DNA of 64,000 bases, from assembly GCA_944376195.1 (NCBI GenBank), contig CALWBW010000002.1, positions 10,683 through 74,682 of the forward strand, written 5' to 3'. Positions 49,539 to 58,507 of the stretch are shown here, piece after piece; position 1 is the first letter of the stretch, and every line of letters starts with the position of its first letter. The position numbers were made by a program, and so were the translations under genes. The stretch is from an uncultured Clostridia bacterium. GTDB taxonomy: Bacteria; Bacillota; Clostridia; Oscillospirales; QAMX01. The notes below the pieces were generated by a model, which was given only the letters and a program-made list of their open reading frames with translations, was not told the DNA's origin and did not search any database.

Positions 49539-49939
49539 GACATTTCCTCCTTGCACGTACGTTTCAAACCGCCGCGCCGTGCAACCTGTTATGAAATTTG
49601 CGGCGGCCGGAACAGTACGGATTAGAATACGCAACCTCGCCGTGTGTCAAAAACCTGTACATGATAAAAACCGGAAACTCCCGACTTCTCACACCAGCAC
49701 AAAACGCAGGTTGAAATCGGACGTAAAGTCCGGCTTTCCTCCACGTGTAGGTCCATGTGCATCCAAGCGACACATGTACGCGCGTTTTTGCAGTATTCTA
49801 AGCCGCCCGTCATATTCACCGCATCGCGCGGTGCGCGGACATACTCAGCCGAAGTTACCTCGCGCCAAGAGGCGAGCAATCTCCAGCGTCATCGCAGTAG
49901 CGTTTCTGGCACGCCAAACCGCTTGCTCATACCACAAGC
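49539..49939 (-). promoter_or_regulatory. Roughly 400-nt untranslated leader of the S10 operon (candidate structured RNA)
   Basis: It lies between the predicted promoter (49946-49974) and the rpsJ RBS. I see no convincing ORF, but there are several local hairpins. Confidence 0.5.
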
Positions 49940-49945
49940 TAATAT

Positions 49946-49974
49946 AGTATACTCCCGGTCTTTCCAAAAGTCAA
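49946..49974 (-). promoter_or_regulatory. Near-consensus sigma-A promoter (TTGACT-17-TATACT) reading toward rpsJ
   Basis: On the minus strand the -35 lies at 49974-49969 and the -10 at 49951-49946, with a 17-nt spacer. Confidence 0.65.
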
Positions 49975-50085
49975 GACCTTATTTCATATTTTTCTCACAA
50001 ATCCGAAGTTTTTTTACCGGAATTCCCTTACGAAGTGCACAGGAACCCCATTTTTCAGGACAGGAACGTCTTTTCCCCTCTGCGG

Positions 50086-50121
50086 GAAAAAGAAAAAACC
50101 TCCGGCAATCTTTCCGAAGGC
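50086..50121 (-). terminator. Terminator of the cysteine desulfurase-like gene
   Basis: On the minus strand the hairpin gccttcgg-aaagattg-ccggaggt is followed by TTTTTTCTTTTT. Confidence 0.65.
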
Positions 50122-50182
50122 TTTTTCAGATACCGCACACGCTCTGTTTCTGCGTATTCTGATCGACGCAAACACTTTTCCG

Positions 50183-51331
50183 CTAGGACGGAATCCTGCG
50201 CCGAAGCGCCGCGCGCACCGCGACAATCAGCTTTTCCGCGTCGCGCTGGGTCGTAAAAGCGCCGGGCGAAACCCGGACCGTCCCGCCGGGATAGGTTCCA
50301 GCCGTAATATGCGCCAGCGGCGCGCAATGCAGCCCGGCGCGCACCGCAATCCCGGCGCTTGCCAGCGCCTCGGCAAGGGTTTCGCACTCCAGATCCCGAC
50401 TGCGAAACGACAACACGCCGCTTTGCAGCTCCGGATCCCGGCTCATATAGACGGTTACGCCGTCGAGTTTCTGAAGCTCGCTGCCGATATAACGCACCAG
50501 GCGGCGTTCCCGGCCCAAGATATTCGCCTCCCCCTCCCGACGGACAAAGCGAATCCCCTCGCACAGTCCTGCGATTCCCGCGACATTGTGCGTTCCGCTC
50601 TCAAATCGGTCGGGCTCAAACACCGGCTGTTCGTAAGAAGCGGACGAACTGCCGGTACCGCCTTCCAGAATGGTCGTGCAGGGACGTTCTCCGAGGTGTA
50701 CCATGACCCCCGTTCCCTGTGGCCCATAGAACCCCTTATGCCCGGGCATACAGAGAAACTCCGTCGCGCGCAGACGGGAAGCATCCAGCGACAGAGTCCC
50801 CGCAGACTGAGAGGCGTCGATCACCAGAGGCAAACCACGTTCATAACACAGTGCATCCAACGCCTCCACCGGGGCAATACTGCCAAACACATTGGAGACA
50901 TGGTTACAGATAACCAGTTCCGTTTCCGGTCTGATACATGCCTCAAATGCCCGCAGCAACCCTTCCGGATCAAAAAGGGGTGCCTGCGCCGCCGTATACG
51001 TGATGCCGTAACGGGCAAGCGACGCCAGAGGCCGTACCACGGCATTGTGCTCATATCCGGAAATCACGGCATGCCCCCGATGCAGCAAACCTTTGATCGC
51101 CATATTCAGGGCAACCGTTGCGTTATAGGTAAAAATCACCCGTTCCGGATTGGCGACATGCATCAATTCCGCCACTTCCACGCGGCAGTCGTACACGCGC
51201 GCGGCAGCGGTTTCAGCTGCCGCATAACCGCCCCGTCCCACGGACGCACACGTACGCATGGCGTCCCGCACCGCGCGATAAACGGCCGGCGGCTTGTGAT
51301 AGGAAGTCGCCGCGTTATCCAAAAATACCAT
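50183..51331 (-). CDS. Class V aminotransferase-fold PLP enzyme (cysteine desulfurase family)
   Basis: MVFLDNAATSYHKP..FTYNATVALN..DASQSAG..MPGHKGFYGPQGTG is present, where the Lys in HK is the PLP site. Confidence 0.8.
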   Translation of the reverse strand: MVFLDNAATSYHKPPAVYRAVRDAMRTCASVGRGGYAAAETAAARVYDCRVEVAELMHVANPERVIFTYNATVALNMAIKGLLHRGHAVISGYEHNAVVRPLASLARYGITYTAAQAPLFDPEGLLRAFEACIRPETELVICNHVSNVFGSIAPVEALDALCYERGLPLVIDASQSAGTLSLDASRLRATEFLCMPGHKGFYGPQGTGVMVHLGERPCTTILEGGTGSSSASYEQPVFEPDRFESGTHNVAGIAGLCEGIRFVRREGEANILGRERRLVRYIGSELQKLDGVTVYMSRDPELQSGVLSFRSRDLECETLAEALASAGIAVRAGLHCAPLAHITAGTYPGGTVRVSPGAFTTQRDAEKLIVAVRAALRRRIPS

Positions 51332-51390
51332 AAACCCACCCTTTCGCCTGCGCCGCCGTCCTCCCTTGCAGGCAAAAAGGATGGGCGCTA

Positions 51391-51636
51391 TCAGAGTTTT
51401 TCAAAATTCCCCTTCGTAATACGGTAAACGCCGTGCCAGGAAACGCCGGATTTCCGCAGCGTCTCCTGCACGGAGCCCAAAAAACGGGAGTCAAACTTCA
51501 CGCCGTGCGAACAAGAGCCTCCCGTCACGGAAGCGGGAGGCCGAATGACCACCGTTGGAATTCCGGTCGCGGCAAGCAGGCTGCCCGCCCTCTGCGCCGA
51601 AGTGGCCGACCGGAGCACTATCATACAATCATACAC
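51391..51636 (-). CDS. DUF3343-like small protein (putative S/Se carrier partner of the desulfurase)
   Basis: ..YDCMIVLRSATSAQRAGSLLAATGIPTVVIRPPASVTGGSCSHGVKF.. matches the pattern of DUF3343 proteins as I remember it. The start is uncertain (GTG 51636 or ATG 51624). Confidence 0.5.
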   Translation of the reverse strand: MYDCMIVLRSATSAQRAGSLLAATGIPTVVIRPPASVTGGSCSHGVKFDSRFLGSVQETLRKSGVSWHGVYRITKGNFEKL

Positions 51637-51867
51637 TGCGTATTCACGCCTTTCTGTCGAAAAGCCGTGTCGTATTGCGGAGATTATCGACGAAATACCG
51701 CGCCTTTTTCCGCGCCGCAATCCCGGATCGGGCGCTTACCACATTCTATGCGCCAACCCGCGGAATGTGACTGTTTTTTTCAGCGGCGATATTGCCCAGT
51801 GGAAAAAACGCCGCCCAGCCGTAAAGCACTACGGCCGGGCGGCTGAAAAGCCATTCCGGGCATTCGG

Positions 51868-52665
51868 TTACCATTCCGCGACCAGAGGACGCGGCTGATA
51901 CCACCAGAGTTCGTTATCTTCCGTATAGCGGGAGGTCGCAACATCCCACTCAGGCGGCTGCCAGGTTAAAAACGAGTGGATGGCGTCAACAAAAGCGTCT
52001 TTGTCTGCATCCGCAAGCGTGGTAAGCATACGATCCGCCATTTCAAGAATCCCCTCCGGTTTCCGCGGGGCAGAACGCACCGCAGCATACAGGCCCTTTG
52101 CGCAGGGGAAAAAGATTTCGTTTTCCTCCAGGATCATGCGCAGCCCGAACCACACGATATCCGTTGCCGCGCGGGTCCGCAAAAACCGGTCGTTTTCTCC
52201 CATTTTCCAGAAATAACGGCTGTTAAGCTCCATATCCCCATAAAAGCTGAGCATTTTGTCTTCTCGCAGTTCCGTTTGAAAACGCGGAATTGCTTCCACC
52301 AGTCCGGGGATTTCCGGATCCGTCGTATAAAGGCATTGTCCCCCCAGCCAGGCGTTGCGGGCCGGCTCGCTGCCGTGATCCGCCACGGCATATAAGAAAC
52401 TTTTCGGGTAATATTTAATATCAAAATACCCTTCCGGATAGGTGCAGCGACCCAAAATAGCCTCTGTCGCAATTCCCTCCGCTTTCAGTTTTTCATACAT
52501 CTCATCCGTGACAATCACTTCAAAATCAAGATCCGAATCCGGACGTTCGCAGCCCTTTGCCACCGAACCGCCAAAAATAATCGCAATCAAGCCATCTTTG
52601 ACACGGGACTCTTCTTTCAGATACGCAATCGCAATCTTTAAACTCTCCTCATGATGTTTATACAT
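51868..52665 (-). CDS. Nucleotidyltransferase-fold protein (KNTase/ANT(4')-like minimal NTase)
   Basis: The NTase motif is IFGGSVAKGCERPDSDLDFEVIV. An AAAAAGGAGGG RBS precedes the ATG at 52665, which overlaps the GH2 gene end by 8 nt. Confidence 0.65.
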   Translation of the reverse strand: MYKHHEESLKIAIAYLKEESRVKDGLIAIIFGGSVAKGCERPDSDLDFEVIVTDEMYEKLKAEGIATEAILGRCTYPEGYFDIKYYPKSFLYAVADHGSEPARNAWLGGQCLYTTDPEIPGLVEAIPRFQTELREDKMLSFYGDMELNSRYFWKMGENDRFLRTRAATDIVWFGLRMILEENEIFFPCAKGLYAAVRSAPRKPEGILEMADRMLTTLADADKDAFVDAIHSFLTWQPPEWDVATSRYTEDNELWWYQPRPLVAEW

Positions 52666-55204
52666 AATACCCTCCTTTTTGCTTTCCAGTAAGCGTCGAA
52701 GGCCGTACAAATTCCAAAGACGTCGGATGTGTGGAGTAATGTGGGCGCAGGGTGATCGTCCCGTGTGGGCACTTGCCCAAAATTTTGACCCGTTTTGTAT
52801 CCCCCGGAACCAAATCAAAATAGTTATCGCTGAACAGCCAGCCAAACGGATCGCCGTCGCACGTTCCCAAAATTTCCACACAGCGTGCAAAACGGTCCGT
52901 CCGTATCACCAGCTCGTCCCCCTCCAGGGTAACGTCCAACTGTGCGTCGGGGAAGGCATAATGGCGCTCTACATCACAGTAATCAACCGCCGTACAGACC
53001 ACCCGGCCCTCTTCATCCTCAAACCGGGCATAAGGAAGCAATGTTTTATGGAAATATTTAATATCGTTGAGGTCCAGGACAATCTTCCCCTCCGAATCAG
53101 CCACTTCCATAGGCACGCGCCGCTGGAACGCAAACGCATTTGTCTCCATATCAAAAAGCGCAAAGGACACCGTACCGCGAATGGCTTCCGGAGAATCATT
53201 GACCAGCCAGAGCCGGATCTCATCGCGAATGTCAAAGCAGAGGATCACCGGTGCGTAACCGCGCAGCGTTGCGTAATAGGGATGGAACCCTTCGTGGAAA
53301 TAATCGATGGTCGCGCAGTAACATTTCGGCCAGGTATCATTGAACTTGCAGGAAAGATGGCCCTTCGAGCGCAGTGCCGGCGGCAGATTGTCCGTCGGGC
53401 CGCCCATACGAATGCGCTCGATATTGTCGCGCAGCACCTGCGCGTAAGAAGCGCCGAAGCGGTAAATATGGTCCGCCGCGTTATCCGCGTCGTAATACTC
53501 CCAATAAGGTCCGGTTTTCACATGGCCCTGCGCGCCATGGTTTGATCGCTGCATCCAGTTCTCCGGCATGGGGAACCGGTCGCCGAAGGAAAATTTGCCG
53601 TCATACCCTTCAGGCCATACCTCCCCGTGAATCATCCGCTTTAAACTGTGCAGAACCGGCGGGGAAGTCCGGATATCCTCCGAAATAAAGTTCGGATATT
53701 CATGGAACGGATACTGCCAGATACAGTCATACGTATGATAATCCCCCACACGCGGATCGTTGGCCCATTCGCCGCCGGACGGGGACGAGAGATGGTAATA
53801 CCTGCCGGGGTCGAGTTCGGCAAGCAGCGCGGGATAATCCTCCTGGAGGACCACTTTTCCGATGACCGGCATATCGCGGAAATAAAATTCCGACCCCATC
53901 ACGCTCTCGTTTCCGCCGCACCACATCAAAAGACAGGCATGATGCCGCAGACGCAGGATCAATTCCCGTCCCTCACGCCGGTACAGCGCGCGGTACGCGT
54001 CGGAATCCGGGAACATACCATGCCCATGGAAAAATTCCTGCCAGATCAAAATTCCGCGGCGATCGCACTCATCGTAAAACACATCGCGATAGGGAATCCC
54101 GCCTTCTCCCCACAGCCGCAGGGTATTGACATGGGCGTTTTCCGCCATATCGAGAATACGCCATGCCCGGTCCTGCTGCCAGACATAGGTCCAGGCCTGG
54201 AATGGGTCCATACAACCGCCCCAAAGGCGGACTTTTTTGCCGTTTATGAGAAAGCCCATGGAATAGGGCTGCTCAATCCGCCGGAATCCAACCATTTTGG
54301 TCAGACTGTCGCAGAGCCGCCCGTCCAGGAAGACATCCACGCAGACATGGTAAAGCGGATGCGCGCCATACCCTGCCGGCCACCAGAGCTGCGGATCCAT
54401 GACGGGGAATCCGATTTCCTCCCCCCACGCATGACCTGTCGCCTCGCCGACCAGCGTCCCTGCCGGATCATAAAGCGTCACCCGGATGTCCAGTTCTCCC
54501 GCGCGATGGCAGACGCCGTCCATCTTCACACGCAGCGCTCCCGTCACGAGATCCTCACGCAGGGTCGCGCGGATTTCGTCTCCGGTGATTTCCGCTTCAT
54601 CCGCCAGAATCAGGCTCACCTGCTCGTAAATACCGGTTGGCGTATGATAGCCGACAATGCCCTGGTAGGAGCTGCCCTCTCCTTCATAGGATGGGAAATC
54701 ATGCCGGGATTTGCGCAGCAGCTTAAACTTGTCCAGATGCGCCCACTCTTCCGGCTGTTCCGTCGCGTCCAAAACACCGAGCGCATTATGGAAATGAAGG
54801 AGCAGCGTATTCTGCCCGGCGATTACATTGCTCACGTCAATGAAATCAGAGACATAAAAATCATTGTGCGTACCGATTAACGTCCCATTGAGATAGAGAT
54901 CCGCAAATGTATCGAGGCCGCCAAAGCGCAGGTAGGTATGCACACCCGGCGTTTCACAGACAAAATCCAAACGGTAGACCCAATCCAGCTTGGTCACCCA
55001 CGCGGCGCTCTCACACCAGCCGAGCTGAAATTCCGGATCCAGTTTACCGTGTGCCAGAAGGACGTCGTGTACCTCCGCCGGCACCTCCGGAACGGACAGC
55101 CAGGCATTGAAATCCTCCTGCCCAACGGCGGCGGGATCAATGGTAGCCACAGGTTCCTGGCTGCGGAGATACCAGCCATGTTGAAGCAAAATCTGTTCTT
55201 TCAT
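52658..55204 (-). CDS. Glycoside hydrolase family 2 (beta-mannosidase-like)
   Basis: The 848-aa protein has WQEF and MWCGGNES (acid/base NE) motifs and a beta-mannosidase-like N-terminus (WLSVPEVPAEVHDVLLAHGKLDPEF). Confidence 0.75.
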   Translation of the reverse strand: MKEQILLQHGWYLRSQEPVATIDPAAVGQEDFNAWLSVPEVPAEVHDVLLAHGKLDPEFQLGWCESAAWVTKLDWVYRLDFVCETPGVHTYLRFGGLDTFADLYLNGTLIGTHNDFYVSDFIDVSNVIAGQNTLLLHFHNALGVLDATEQPEEWAHLDKFKLLRKSRHDFPSYEGEGSSYQGIVGYHTPTGIYEQVSLILADEAEITGDEIRATLREDLVTGALRVKMDGVCHRAGELDIRVTLYDPAGTLVGEATGHAWGEEIGFPVMDPQLWWPAGYGAHPLYHVCVDVFLDGRLCDSLTKMVGFRRIEQPYSMGFLINGKKVRLWGGCMDPFQAWTYVWQQDRAWRILDMAENAHVNTLRLWGEGGIPYRDVFYDECDRRGILIWQEFFHGHGMFPDSDAYRALYRREGRELILRLRHHACLLMWCGGNESVMGSEFYFRDMPVIGKVVLQEDYPALLAELDPGRYYHLSSPSGGEWANDPRVGDYHTYDCIWQYPFHEYPNFISEDIRTSPPVLHSLKRMIHGEVWPEGYDGKFSFGDRFPMPENWMQRSNHGAQGHVKTGPYWEYYDADNAADHIYRFGASYAQVLRDNIERIRMGGPTDNLPPALRSKGHLSCKFNDTWPKCYCATIDYFHEGFHPYYATLRGYAPVILCFDIRDEIRLWLVNDSPEAIRGTVSFALFDMETNAFAFQRRVPMEVADSEGKIVLDLNDIKYFHKTLLPYARFEDEEGRVVCTAVDYCDVERHYAFPDAQLDVTLEGDELVIRTDRFARCVEILGTCDGDPFGWLFSDNYFDLVPGDTKRVKILGKCPHGTITLRPHYSTHPTSLEFVRPSTLTGKQKGGYYV

Positions 55205-55229
55205 AACCGCGCCCCTTTTCCCGTATGAT

Positions 55230-56195
55230 TCAGCCCACGGTTACCACGCCGCGCTCGATCATGGAACGCACCGCCTCATGGACGGCATCCATACCGCTGT
55301 ACTGCGGCGCATAACCGAGAAGACGGCGCGCTTTGTCGCAGGAATAGTTGTTGCAGTGCGTAATATGGCGCCAGGTACGGTTTATCTTTTCCTCGTCCGC
55401 CGTCACTTTCACCCATTCCGGCCACGGAAGGTACTCGATATCGGCCTCTTTGCCAAACCATTCGTACATGTGCTCGGCATAACCGCGCAAGGTTATCGCC
55501 TTCGGCGACACCGCCAGGAAATCCTGATCCAGCGCCGCTTCGCGGTTGCGGATGGCACGTTCAAACACCTGCGCCACATCGTCCGCATGGACATGATGCA
55601 CACATTCCACGCCGAAATTCGGCACATAAATCCGCTCCCCATGGGCAATCGCGGTAAACACGGACGGATCATGGTTGCCGGTGGGATTGATGCAGGTCCA
55701 GCCCGGGCCGGAAATATGTCCCGGCATCACGGCTGTGTAGGGGAATTTCTCTTTTTCATATAAGCCGTGCAGATACTCGATGCTCTTGATCTTATCGCGG
55801 CCGTAATCATCAATCGGTTTCCGGGGGGTATCCTCATCCGCCGGGACCGTAAAGGACGCGCCGTGTTCCCAAATCGACGAGGCAAAGAGATAGTGCGAAA
55901 GATCTGTTCCTCTCAACGCCTCCACCGTTTCAATGGTGCTGTGATAATCCAGGCTGATCATGTCCACTACCACATCCGGACGCATCGCGGCAACCTTGCA
56001 GCCGAACCCGTCCGTTTTTTCCAGCGCCAGCCGGTCCATCTGGACACGTTCCACCTCGCGCCACTCGGGGAACATTGTATAAGGGTCGCGCGTTCCGCGG
56101 GAAATCGCCGTCACCTGATAGCCCATACGCACAAGACGTGGCACCAGGTAAGTCCCGACATGACCCGTTGCGCCAATCACCACTGCTTTTTTCAT
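55230..56195 (-). CDS. NAD-dependent epimerase/dehydratase family protein (extended SDR), paralog 1
   Basis: MKKAVVIGATGHVGTYLVPRL and a YGRDK (YxxxK) motif are present. Confidence 0.75.
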   Translation of the reverse strand: MKKAVVIGATGHVGTYLVPRLVRMGYQVTAISRGTRDPYTMFPEWREVERVQMDRLALEKTDGFGCKVAAMRPDVVVDMISLDYHSTIETVEALRGTDLSHYLFASSIWEHGASFTVPADEDTPRKPIDDYGRDKIKSIEYLHGLYEKEKFPYTAVMPGHISGPGWTCINPTGNHDPSVFTAIAHGERIYVPNFGVECVHHVHADDVAQVFERAIRNREAALDQDFLAVSPKAITLRGYAEHMYEWFGKEADIEYLPWPEWVKVTADEEKINRTWRHITHCNNYSCDKARRLLGYAPQYSGMDAVHEAVRSMIERGVVTVG

Positions 56196-57172
56196 AAAAC
56201 GCCTTCCTTTCCATCCACCTCAATCACGCCGCGGGCAATCATAGAGGAAACACATTCGCACACGGCCTGCAAAATCGTATAACGCGGCGCGTACCCCAGG
56301 ATACGGCGCGCCTTTTCACAACTGTAATTGTCACTGTGCGTCAAATGGCTGTAGGTACTGTTGATATATGCCTGACTCCCCGCCGTCTGCTTCCAGTCCT
56401 CCCAGGGCAGGTATACAATGTCGGGGGTCTTACCAAACCAGGCATACATTGCCTCGGCAAATCCGCGCAGCGTCATGGCGCGCGGCGCAACTGCGAGGAA
56501 ATCCTGATCAAGCGCCGCGGTACGGCGCTGAATCGCGCGGAAAAACACCTGGGCCACATCGTCTGCATGGACATGATGCACGCACTCCATGCCAAAGTGC
56601 GGCAGATAAATCCGCTCGCCGCGTCCGATTTTTCCAAAAATCTCCGGATCAAAATTCCCGGTCGGATTGATACAGTTCCAGCCGGGTCCGGTGATATGGC
56701 CGGGCATCACCGCCGTATATGGGAAACCGGTTTTCCGAAACATCTCATGCAAAAACTGAACGCTTGCCACCTTGTCCCGGCCATAATCGTCGATCGGATG
56801 GCGGGGCATATCCTCGTCCGCGGGCGAGACGGCAGCCGCGCCATGCTCCCAGATGGAAGAGGCAAACAGATAGTGCGACAGGTTTGTCCCCGCCAGCGCC
56901 CGCACGGTCGACTTGGTACTTTCCACACTGTAACTAATCAGGTCTACCACAATATCCGGATTCATCGCGGCTATTTTTGTCCCGAACGTTCCGGCCTTTT
57001 CTTCCTCTGCACGGTCGAGACAGACGCGTTCCACCGCTTTCCACTGCCCCGTCCACGTATAGGGTTGGCTGATGCCGCGCGTCACGGCCACCACCTCATA
57101 GCCGGCTTCCACAAGCCTCGGCACCAGATACGTGCCGGTATGTCCGGTCGCGCCAATCACCACAGCTTTCAT
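56192..57172 (-). CDS. NAD-dependent epimerase/dehydratase family protein (extended SDR), paralog 2
   Basis: MKAVVIGATGHTGTYLVPRL and a YGRDK motif are present. It aligns with paralog 1 along its full length, and its stop overlaps the paralog 1 start (ATGA). Confidence 0.75.
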   Translation of the reverse strand: MKAVVIGATGHTGTYLVPRLVEAGYEVVAVTRGISQPYTWTGQWKAVERVCLDRAEEEKAGTFGTKIAAMNPDIVVDLISYSVESTKSTVRALAGTNLSHYLFASSIWEHGAAAVSPADEDMPRHPIDDYGRDKVASVQFLHEMFRKTGFPYTAVMPGHITGPGWNCINPTGNFDPEIFGKIGRGERIYLPHFGMECVHHVHADDVAQVFFRAIQRRTAALDQDFLAVAPRAMTLRGFAEAMYAWFGKTPDIVYLPWEDWKQTAGSQAYINSTYSHLTHSDNYSCEKARRILGYAPRYTILQAVCECVSSMIARGVIEVDGKEGVL

Positions 57173-57228
57173 GGTTTTCTCTCCTTTCCTTCTTCCCGTC
57201 CCGTTTTTTCGCGAACCGGGACGTTTCT

Positions 57229-57687
57229 TTAAAGAACTCCGCGCTTTTTCAAAAATTCATCCAGAATATCCGCTGCACATTCCACACAGCCGGGGCAGGG
57301 GCGCTTTGCCAGATATTCGGGCGTATGCGCCTCCGGTTCCGGATCAGAAGGTCCTTCCGGAAGCCCCAGGATATCGCGGCACAGCAGCGTATCATAGCGC
57401 TCGCGGAATTTGGCCGCCAGTTCCTGAATCATTGCATAATGCTGCGTCTTTGCCGCACGATTCGTTGGATCATAACCGCCGTAGAGCACACCGACCACCA
57501 TAAAAATACCGGAGAGCGCGCCGCAGACTTCGCGCAGACGTCCCATCCCGCCGCCAAACGACGACGAAACGCGCGCCGCTTCATCAAGGCTCATTCCATG
57601 TACGTCGCAAAATGCACAGAAAACAGACTGTGCGCAATTATATCCATCAAAAAAAAGCTGTTTTGCCCGCTGGCCATGAGTTTCCAT
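57229..57687 (-). CDS. C_GCAxxG_C_C family protein
   Basis: GYNCAQSV, ..EVCGALSG.. and C-terminal CPGCVEC motifs are present. Confidence 0.7.
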   Translation of the reverse strand: METHGQRAKQLFFDGYNCAQSVFCAFCDVHGMSLDEAARVSSSFGGGMGRLREVCGALSGIFMVVGVLYGGYDPTNRAAKTQHYAMIQELAAKFRERYDTLLCRDILGLPEGPSDPEPEAHTPEYLAKRPCPGCVECAADILDEFLKKRGVL

Positions 57688-57794
57688 ACTCGTCCACACT
57701 CCTTCATATATTAATATCAATATAACAAGTTGTCCGCTGGTTTGCAAGAGTTTTTGCCTTTTAATTTGAATTTACCTGTATAGACAAGCAAACG

Positions 57795-57834
57795 TAAAAA
57801 ACCGGCGCTTTCCTCACGCAGGAAAACGCCGGCT
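57795..57834 (-). terminator. Terminator downstream of ktrA
   Basis: On the minus strand the hairpin gccggcgttttcc-tgcgtga-ggaaagcgccggt is followed by TTTTTT. Confidence 0.8.
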
Positions 57835-57855
57835 TTCGCAGAAGGAGCCGGCCGG

Positions 57856-58497
57856 TCACACCAGCCGTTCCACGTCTTCTTTTTTCCCCAACACCATCAA
57901 ATGCTCGTCCTCAACAAAAACATGATTCGGCGTAGGCATGGCCTGCATCCGACCGTTTTTTTCAAAAGCCAAAATACTGACATTATACCGCGCCCGGACA
58001 TTGACCTCTGCAATGGTACGGCCGATCCAGCGGTGCGGCGCGGAAATCTCGTAAATAGCAAGTTCGTCAGAGAGCTCAAAATAATCGAAAACGCTGTCGT
58101 TGCTGACACGCACAGCCAGACGCTCGGACATATCCCGGTCGGGGAACACCACCTCATCCGCACCGCTGCGCAGCAGGAATTTTGCATGAATATTCGTTGT
58201 CGCGCGGCTGATAACGCGCTTTGCACCCATGTCTTTCAAAAGGTCCGTCACCTGAAGGCTGTTTTGAAAATTGGACCCCATACAGACAAAACAGGCGTCA
58301 TAGTTATTCACGCCAAATGTTGCCAAAACTTCGCGGCGTGTACAATCTCCAATTTTCGCGGCGACGACACAGTCCAAAAGGTCATCCATCTTCGTCTCAT
58401 CCACATCGGCGATCACCACTTCGTTTCCCTTACTCGCCAGTTCCCGGCACAGATAATGCGCAAACCTTCCAATTCCAATTAACAAGAATGATTTCAT
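57856..58497 (-). CDS. ktrA: K+ uptake system peripheral subunit (TrkA-N/TrkA-C, KtrA type)
   Basis: MKSFLLIGIGRFAHYLCREL..VIADVD is present. The protein is 213 aa. Confidence 0.8.
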   Translation of the reverse strand: MKSFLLIGIGRFAHYLCRELASKGNEVVIADVDETKMDDLLDCVVAAKIGDCTRREVLATFGVNNYDACFVCMGSNFQNSLQVTDLLKDMGAKRVISRATTNIHAKFLLRSGADEVVFPDRDMSERLAVRVSNDSVFDYFELSDELAIYEISAPHRWIGRTIAEVNVRARYNVSILAFEKNGRMQAMPTPNHVFVEDEHLMVLGKKEDVERLV

Positions 58498-58507
58498 GGC
58501 AAAGCAC

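Noticed and set aside
49728-49742. On the minus strand, GGAGGAAAGCCGGAC resembles the RNase P RNA P4 signature GAGGAAAGUCCGG.
   Set aside because: The U of AGUCC is missing. The motif also lies about 200 nt from the predicted 5' end instead of about 50 nt. None of the other conserved RNase P regions, and no tmRNA or SRP RNA signatures, could be found around it.
50309-54880. Antisense ORFs of 372 aa (50309-51427) and 410 aa (53648-54880) lie opposite the desulfurase and GH2 genes.
   Set aside because: The composition bias is the same (Arg/His/Pro-rich) and there are no motifs. The opposite strands encode recognisable enzymes.
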